Positions 59,410 to 64,000 of a stretch of 64,000 bases of DNA are shown here, piece after piece. Position 1 is the stretch's first letter. Each line of letters opens with the position of its first letter. Origin of the DNA: Sphingomonadales bacterium. Lineage in GTDB: Bacteria; Pseudomonadota; Alphaproteobacteria; Sphingomonadales; Sphingomonadaceae. The notes beneath the pieces are model-generated. The model searched no databases. It saw only the letters and a program-made list of their open reading frames with translations, and was not told where the DNA came from. The position numbers were made by a program, and so were the translations under genes. Location of the stretch: positions 2,532-66,531 of the forward strand of contig JAGWTB010000001.1 in assembly GCA_028869175.1 (NCBI GenBank), in the 5' to 3' direction.

Positions 59410-59439
59410 CATATGGGTGGGCGTTCATCAGGCGTCAAG
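59410..59439 (-). promoter_or_regulatory. RpoH (sigma32)-type promoter of groESL
   Basis: Minus strand CTTGAC...CCCATATG immediately upstream of CIRCE. Confidence 0.7.
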
Positions 59440-59479
59440 GCGAGTCCGGGTGAAAAATTTCCGGCTGGTCGCTATCGTT

Positions 59480-60856
59480 TCAACTTGAGACCAGCCCCAG
59501 TGATTCCCGCCGGTGCCAGCGCCACAGCAGCAGCAGCGCCACCACTACCAGTCCCAGTGCCAGGCCGATCCACACGCCCACCCCGGCCAGCGCCGTCCGC
59601 AGCCCCAGCGCCAGGCAGGTGGTGAAGCCGATCAGCCAGTATCCGCCCAGCGCGATCATCATCGGCATCCGGGTGTCCTGCAATCCCCGCAGCGCGCCCG
59701 CTGCCACCGTCTGGAACCCGTCGAACAGCTGAAACGCCGCGCCAACGGCAAGGTACTGCACGGCGAGCGAAACGACGGCGGCATTGGCCGGTGTCGCCGC
59801 GTCGATATAGACGCCGATGGCGATGCGCGGGGCAAACAGCATGATCGAAACGGCAAACAGCTGGAAGCCGATGGTCGTCGCCAGTGCCGCCCGGCCGGCG
59901 CGGCCGATGGCCACCGGGTCGCCCGCGCCGAAGTGGTAGCCCACCCGGATCGTCGCCGCCTGGCCGATGCCGAAGGGGATCTGGAAGAAGAAGGCGGCGA
60001 TCTGCAGCGCCACGGTGTGGGCGGCCAGTTCGGCGATACCGATCCGCCCCATGATGAAGGCGGCGGAGTTGAACAGGCTGCCCTCGGCGATCACGGTCAG
60101 CGCAATGGGCAGGCCGATGCGCGCGATTTCGCCCAGCCGCACCCATTCGGGCCGCCACCAGTTGCCCAGCAGATGGTAGCGCCGCAGCCGGCGGTCGGCA
60201 GCGATAGCCAGTACATAGGCGGCCAGAACCACTAGCGCGGTCAGCAGCGTGGACAGGGCGGAGCCTTGCAGTCCCATCGCCGGCGCGCCGAGATGGCCGA
60301 AAACGAAGGCCCAGTTGCCCAGCGTGTTGGCCAGGATCGCCAGTGCGGTGATCGCCGTGGCATAGAACGGCCGGCCCAGCGCCGAGACAAAGGTCCGCAG
60401 CACGCTTGCGGCAACGGTCGGCACGATGGACAGGCTCAGCAGCAGGATGAAGCGCCCGGCCTGTGCGGCGATGGCGGGGGGCTGCCCGGTTGCCAGCATC
60501 AGGCGTTCCGCCGTCAGGCACAGGCCGGCCCCCAGCACGCCGCAACCCAGGCTCAACCACAAGGCCATGCGCACCGAGCGGCGCACTTCGCGCAGCGCGT
60601 GGCGGCCCTTGCCCAGTTCCGCTGCGATCAGCGGGGCGACCCCGCCGACCAGGCCGTGAAACCCCCACATCATGCTGGCGAAGACTGCCACCGCCAGGCT
60701 CGATGCCGCCAGCGCTTCCGGCCCGAGCCGCGCGACGAAGATCACGTCGATGGCATAGACCGCCATCTGCAACAGGTTCGCCAGCGCCAGCGGCGCGCTG
60801 AGCCGCAGCATGGCGGCCAGTTCCGTGCGGAAGGTGGAGGCAGGGGGGGTGAACAT
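59480..60856 (-). CDS. MATE efflux transporter (NorM-like)
   Basis: IDVIFVARLG..ALAA, PAMGLQG, IGLPIA...E, RVG...GAGD, FQLFDG.Q...GALRG..DT. Confidence 0.93.
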   Translation of the reverse strand: MFTPPASTFRTELAAMLRLSAPLALANLLQMAVYAIDVIFVARLGPEALAASSLAVAVFASMMWGFHGLVGGVAPLIAAELGKGRHALREVRRSVRMALWLSLGCGVLGAGLCLTAERLMLATGQPPAIAAQAGRFILLLSLSIVPTVAASVLRTFVSALGRPFYATAITALAILANTLGNWAFVFGHLGAPAMGLQGSALSTLLTALVVLAAYVLAIAADRRLRRYHLLGNWWRPEWVRLGEIARIGLPIALTVIAEGSLFNSAAFIMGRIGIAELAAHTVALQIAAFFFQIPFGIGQAATIRVGYHFGAGDPVAIGRAGRAALATTIGFQLFAVSIMLFAPRIAIGVYIDAATPANAAVVSLAVQYLAVGAAFQLFDGFQTVAAGALRGLQDTRMPMMIALGGYWLIGFTTCLALGLRTALAGVGVWIGLALGLVVVALLLLWRWHRRESLGLVSS

Positions 60857-61051
60857 CGGCCGGTCCGGATAGACGCTATCGCCCCGGTCGCCAAAGCCAA
60901 ATGCTTGCAGCACACGCACCCCGCTGTGCGACAAAGTCACCGACGGCGATGCGCCTTGTCATTTAACTGGCCGCCGCAAGCTGGTATCGATCAGCCGCGC
61001 CCGGAGGTTTACCGACCGGCGGGTGCCGGGATTCATGGAAGGAAGGGATTT

Positions 61052-61528
61052 ATGCGTATTATCGGCAAGACTGTGATCGCGCTGGTTCTGGTGGCCGGGC
61101 TTTCGGCCTGCGGTTCACCGGCGGACAAACCGGCGGGCGATGCTGCCAGCGAGGCACCCGCCATGGCCGCATCGGGCGACGCCGCTCCAGCTGCCGCCGC
61201 CGCCGCCACGAGCGAGGCAGCCGTTGCCGATGCCGGAGGCAAGCCGGCCATATTCACCCAGTGCGCTGCCTGCCATTCCACCGAGAAGGGCAAGAACATG
61301 GTCGGGCCAAGCCTGGCGGGCGTGTTCGGACGCAAGGCCGGTACGGTCGAAGGCTATGCCTATTCGGATGCCAACAAGAATTCAGGCCTGACCTGGGACG
61401 AGGCAACGCTCGACGAATACCTCACCGCGCCGATGAAGAAGGTGCCCGGCACCAAGATGACCTTCGCCGGCCTGTCCGATGCGGCAGCGCGCAAGGCGGT
61501 GATCGATTACCTCAAGACGCTGAAGTAA
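61052..61528 (+). CDS. Class I cytochrome c (c2-like) with lipoprotein signal
   Basis: Lipobox LSAC, Ala-rich linker, CAACH, GPSL.GV.GR, PGTKM. Confidence 0.92.
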   Translation: MRIIGKTVIALVLVAGLSACGSPADKPAGDAASEAPAMAASGDAAPAAAAAATSEAAVADAGGKPAIFTQCAACHSTEKGKNMVGPSLAGVFGRKAGTVEGYAYSDANKNSGLTWDEATLDEYLTAPMKKVPGTKMTFAGLSDAAARKAVIDYLKTLK

Positions 61529-61551
61529 GCGGGTACGAATGGCCGGATGCC

Positions 61552-61585
61552 GGGGGTCGGGAGCTCAGGCTTCCGGCCCCTTTTC
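61552..61585 (+). terminator. Terminator after cytochrome c
   Basis: GGGGTCGGGAGC...GCTTCCGGCCCC followed by TTTT. Confidence 0.65.
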
Positions 61586-61622
61586 GCTTGGCCGGCCGGT
61601 GCGCCGCCGCTTCCGGACAAAC

Positions 61623-61654
61623 GAAAAGGGCGGCCCCAGAGGAGCCGCCCTTCC
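61623..61654 (-). terminator. rplL terminator
   Basis: Minus strand AAGGGCGGCTCC-tct-GGGGCCGCCC followed by TTTT. Confidence 0.75.
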
Positions 61655-61700
61655 ATCCGCGAGTGCTTCAAGACACCCGCGAAACTGCAATCCGGGAAGA

Positions 61701-62078
61701 TTACTTGATTTCGACGGTGCCGCCGGCTTCTTCGATCTTCTTCTTGATCTCTTCGGCTTCGGCCTTCGAGACGGCTTCCTTGATCGCCTTCGGAGCCGAT
61801 TCCACGAGGGTCTTGGCTTCGGTCAGGCCCAGGCTCGTGATCGCGCGGACTTCCTTGATGACCTGGATCTTCTTGCCACCGTCGCCGGTGAGGATCACGT
61901 CGAACTCGGTCTTTTCTTCAGCGGCTTCGGCAGCAGCGCCACCGGCAGCCGGGGCGGCCACGGCGACAGCAGCGGCGGCGGAAACGCCCCACGCTTCTTC
62001 GAGGGCCTTGGCAAGGTCAGCCGCCTCGAGGACGGTCAGCTTCGAAAGTTCTTCAACCAGCTTGGCGATATCGGCCAT
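61701..62078 (-). CDS. rplL: 50S ribosomal protein L7/L12
   Basis: [26 protein letters not shown]. Confidence 0.99.
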   Translation of the reverse strand: MADIAKLVEELSKLTVLEAADLAKALEEAWGVSAAAAVAVAAPAAGGAAAEAAEEKTEFDVILTGDGGKKIQVIKEVRAITSLGLTEAKTLVESAPKAIKEAVSKAEAEEIKKKIEEAGGTVEIK

Positions 62079-62150
62079 GATGTTTCACTCCTGATAGATG
62101 GACCGGGGTGCCGAACGCGTCGTGCGCCCCGGGAAATCGATGGAACAGTC

Positions 62151-62663
62151 TTATGCGGCTTCCTTGGCGTAAGCGCCGAAGACGCGGGCCAGCTTGGCCG
62201 CCGGAGCGGTGGCAAGCTGGGCGATCTTCGTCGCGGGAGCCTGGACAAGGCCGATGAGCTTGGCGCGCAGCTCGTCGAGCGAGGGCATCGAGGCAAGCGC
62301 CTTGACACCATCGGCCGAGAGAAGCTGGCCACCCATCGCGCCGCCGACGATCTCGATCTTGTCGGTCGTCTTGGCGAACTCCACGACCGCCTTGGCGGCG
62401 GCAACGGGATCGACCGAAGTGGCGATCGCCGTCGGGCCGGTGAACATGTCACCGATACCTTCGTAGGCCGTGTCCTTGATGGAAAGCTTGGCAAGACGGT
62501 TCTTCGCAACCTTGTAAGTCGCGCCCGCTTCGCGAATCTTGCCGCGCAGGGCGGTGGACTGGGCCACCGTCATGCCGAGGTTGCGGGTGATCACCACCAC
62601 GCCGACCTCGTTGAAGACCGCGTTGAGGCTCGCGACCGATTCGGCTTTCTGCGAACGATCCAT
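62151..62663 (-). CDS. rplJ: 50S ribosomal protein L10
   Basis: [33 protein letters not shown]. Confidence 0.98.
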   Translation of the reverse strand: MDRSQKAESVASLNAVFNEVGVVVITRNLGMTVAQSTALRGKIREAGATYKVAKNRLAKLSIKDTAYEGIGDMFTGPTAIATSVDPVAAAKAVVEFAKTTDKIEIVGGAMGGQLLSADGVKALASMPSLDELRAKLIGLVQAPATKIAQLATAPAAKLARVFGAYAKEAA

Positions 62664-62852
62664 GCCTTACTCCTTCAAAATGACCTTGCTGGTTTCCCCG
62701 CAAGGCCGGCTACGTCATCCCCTGCGCAAGCAGGGGTGTCCGCACCGCAAAGCGGCACGGGCGGGTCCGTTGAAGGGGAAGGAGCCGCGCCTGAACGCGA
62801 AGGTGGCACGGCACGCCCATGCGGGAGTGAAGGGCCGGAGAATCTCTTTTCC

Positions 62853-62913
62853 CCGTCTAGGCCGGAAATTAAGAAGCGCTGATTGCTCAGGCCCCACCGA
62901 CTGTCTCGGACGG
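62853..62913 (-). ncRNA. Ribosomal protein L10 leader (core)
   Basis: Minus strand CCGTCCGAGACAGTCGG...TTAAT..CCGGCCTAGACGG matches the L10 leader core, upstream of rplJ. Confidence 0.75.
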
Positions 62914-63134
62914 ATGACCGGCACACCACGGGGGCAGACCGGACAGGCCGGGCCATTAGCAGGCGCGGGGCAGGAGTCAAGGATGGTGGCGGTCCGGTGC
63001 TTCCGGGAGGTACGGTCGCTGCGAGCGCCATGACGATCAGGCCGGGAAAATGCCGCCGGCACCGCGGCCCGCTTAGCAACTTGTTAACCCTGTTCGCCTA
63101 GCAGAATCCGCAGACAGGCCAGCAAGGACGGCGC

Positions 63135-63773
63135 ATGGAAACCGGAGCAATCGAAACGCGGCCCCAGGCCCCCTGGCTCAGCGCGCGCTTCCTCGACCGG
63201 GCCGAGCAGGTTCTGGTCGTCATCTTCTGGACCATGCTGGCGCTGCGCGTCGATCATTCCGACAATCCGCTGGCACCGCTGCTGCTCGCTTCGGAATCGG
63301 TGATCGCCATCTTCGTGCTGATCCGCCGCTCCACCGGCAATATCTCGATGCGGCTGGGCGACTGGCTGCTGGCCATCACCGGCACGGTCGCCTCGTTGCT
63401 CATCATTCCCAGCGCCAATATCCTGCCGATGCTGATCGTGCCGGCAGTGCTGCTGGCGCTGCTGGGCAACATCTGGCAGATTTCCGCCAAGCTGGTGCTG
63501 CGCCGCAGCTTCGGCATCGCCCCGGCCAATCGCGGAGTGAAGGTTGGCGGGCCTTACCGTTTCATGCGCCATCCGATGTATGCCGGCTACCTGATGACCC
63601 ACATCGGCATCCTGATGGTGATGACTTCGTGGATCAATTTCCTGATCTACGCGATCTGCTGGACCGCCCAGATCAAGCGCATCCTTGTCGAGGAAGAACT
63701 TCTGGGACAAGACCCGGCCTATGCCGCCTATATGCAGCAGGTACGCTGGCGGCTGATCCCCGGCATTTTCTGA
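63135..63773 (+). CDS. ICMT/PEMT-family membrane methyltransferase
   Basis: GGPYRFMRHPMYAGY, RILVEEELL, YAAYMQQVRWRLIPGIF; several TMs. Confidence 0.9.
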   Translation: METGAIETRPQAPWLSARFLDRAEQVLVVIFWTMLALRVDHSDNPLAPLLLASESVIAIFVLIRRSTGNISMRLGDWLLAITGTVASLLIIPSANILPMLIVPAVLLALLGNIWQISAKLVLRRSFGIAPANRGVKVGGPYRFMRHPMYAGYLMTHIGILMVMTSWINFLIYAICWTAQIKRILVEEELLGQDPAYAAYMQQVRWRLIPGIF

Positions 63774-63981
63774 CTTCCGCTTTCCCACCGGGAAACGGGG
63801 GCTGGGGCGGCGTCGGGGGGCGCCGCCCCACTTCGTTTGCGGTCCGCCACGGCGCGTGAAACGATTGCGGTCCACAAAAACCCGGGTTAACAATCGGTCA
63901 TCCGGCAGACACCGGACGGGAAGGCTGCCGGGGTCAGACATTGCGTCCCTGGTCCTTCAGCCAAAGGGGAGCATACTGAAC

Positions 63982-64000
63982 ATGCAATATGTGATCATGG
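63982..64000 (+). CDS. Possible start of the next gene (partial)
   Basis: GGGGGAG SD then ATG CAA TAT GTG ATC ATG at the window edge. Confidence 0.35.

Noticed and set aside
63073-63087. CtrA-like site TTAG-N7-TTAA, plus TTAA half-sites near 40627, 57084 and 63887
   Set aside because: Imperfect matches that cannot be distinguished from chance without conservation data.

Overview
High-GC alphaproteobacterial chromosome segment; gene content and protein sequences suggest Sphingomonadales (Novosphingobium/Erythrobacter-like; inference). Most of it is core genome: lipB, nadA, glpK, rcdA, ptsP-rodZ-cpoB-tilS, an Entner-Doudoroff operon (zwf-edd-glk-eda) followed by a divergent PEP carboxylase, groES-groEL with CIRCE, and rplJ-rplL with the L10 leader. 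The best candidate for an undescribed system is at 1-9050. A Slam/DUF560-like outer-membrane translocon (type XI secretion) precedes a ~1650-aa secreted protein built from a FecR-like N-terminus, an unfamiliar 78-aa Tyr/Gly-rich helical repeat array and three tandem TbpB-like handle+barrel modules. An OmpR-family two-component pair and a lipoprotein follow, with shared TGTCAC/GTGACA motifs upstream. Other notable items: (1) a BetI-like TetR / Rieske oxygenase / PYROXD2-like flavoprotein / APC permease / TPR-sulfotransferase / TonB-receptor cluster, possibly for N-methylated amino acids; (2) two copies of a palindromic intergenic repeat, each crossed by an open frame starting at a TGATG overlap; (3) a BrnT-XRE toxin-antitoxin pair; (4) an AT-rich islet with DUF1508; (5) several enzymes with altered catalytic motifs. 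All family calls come from motif recognition by eye, not database searches.
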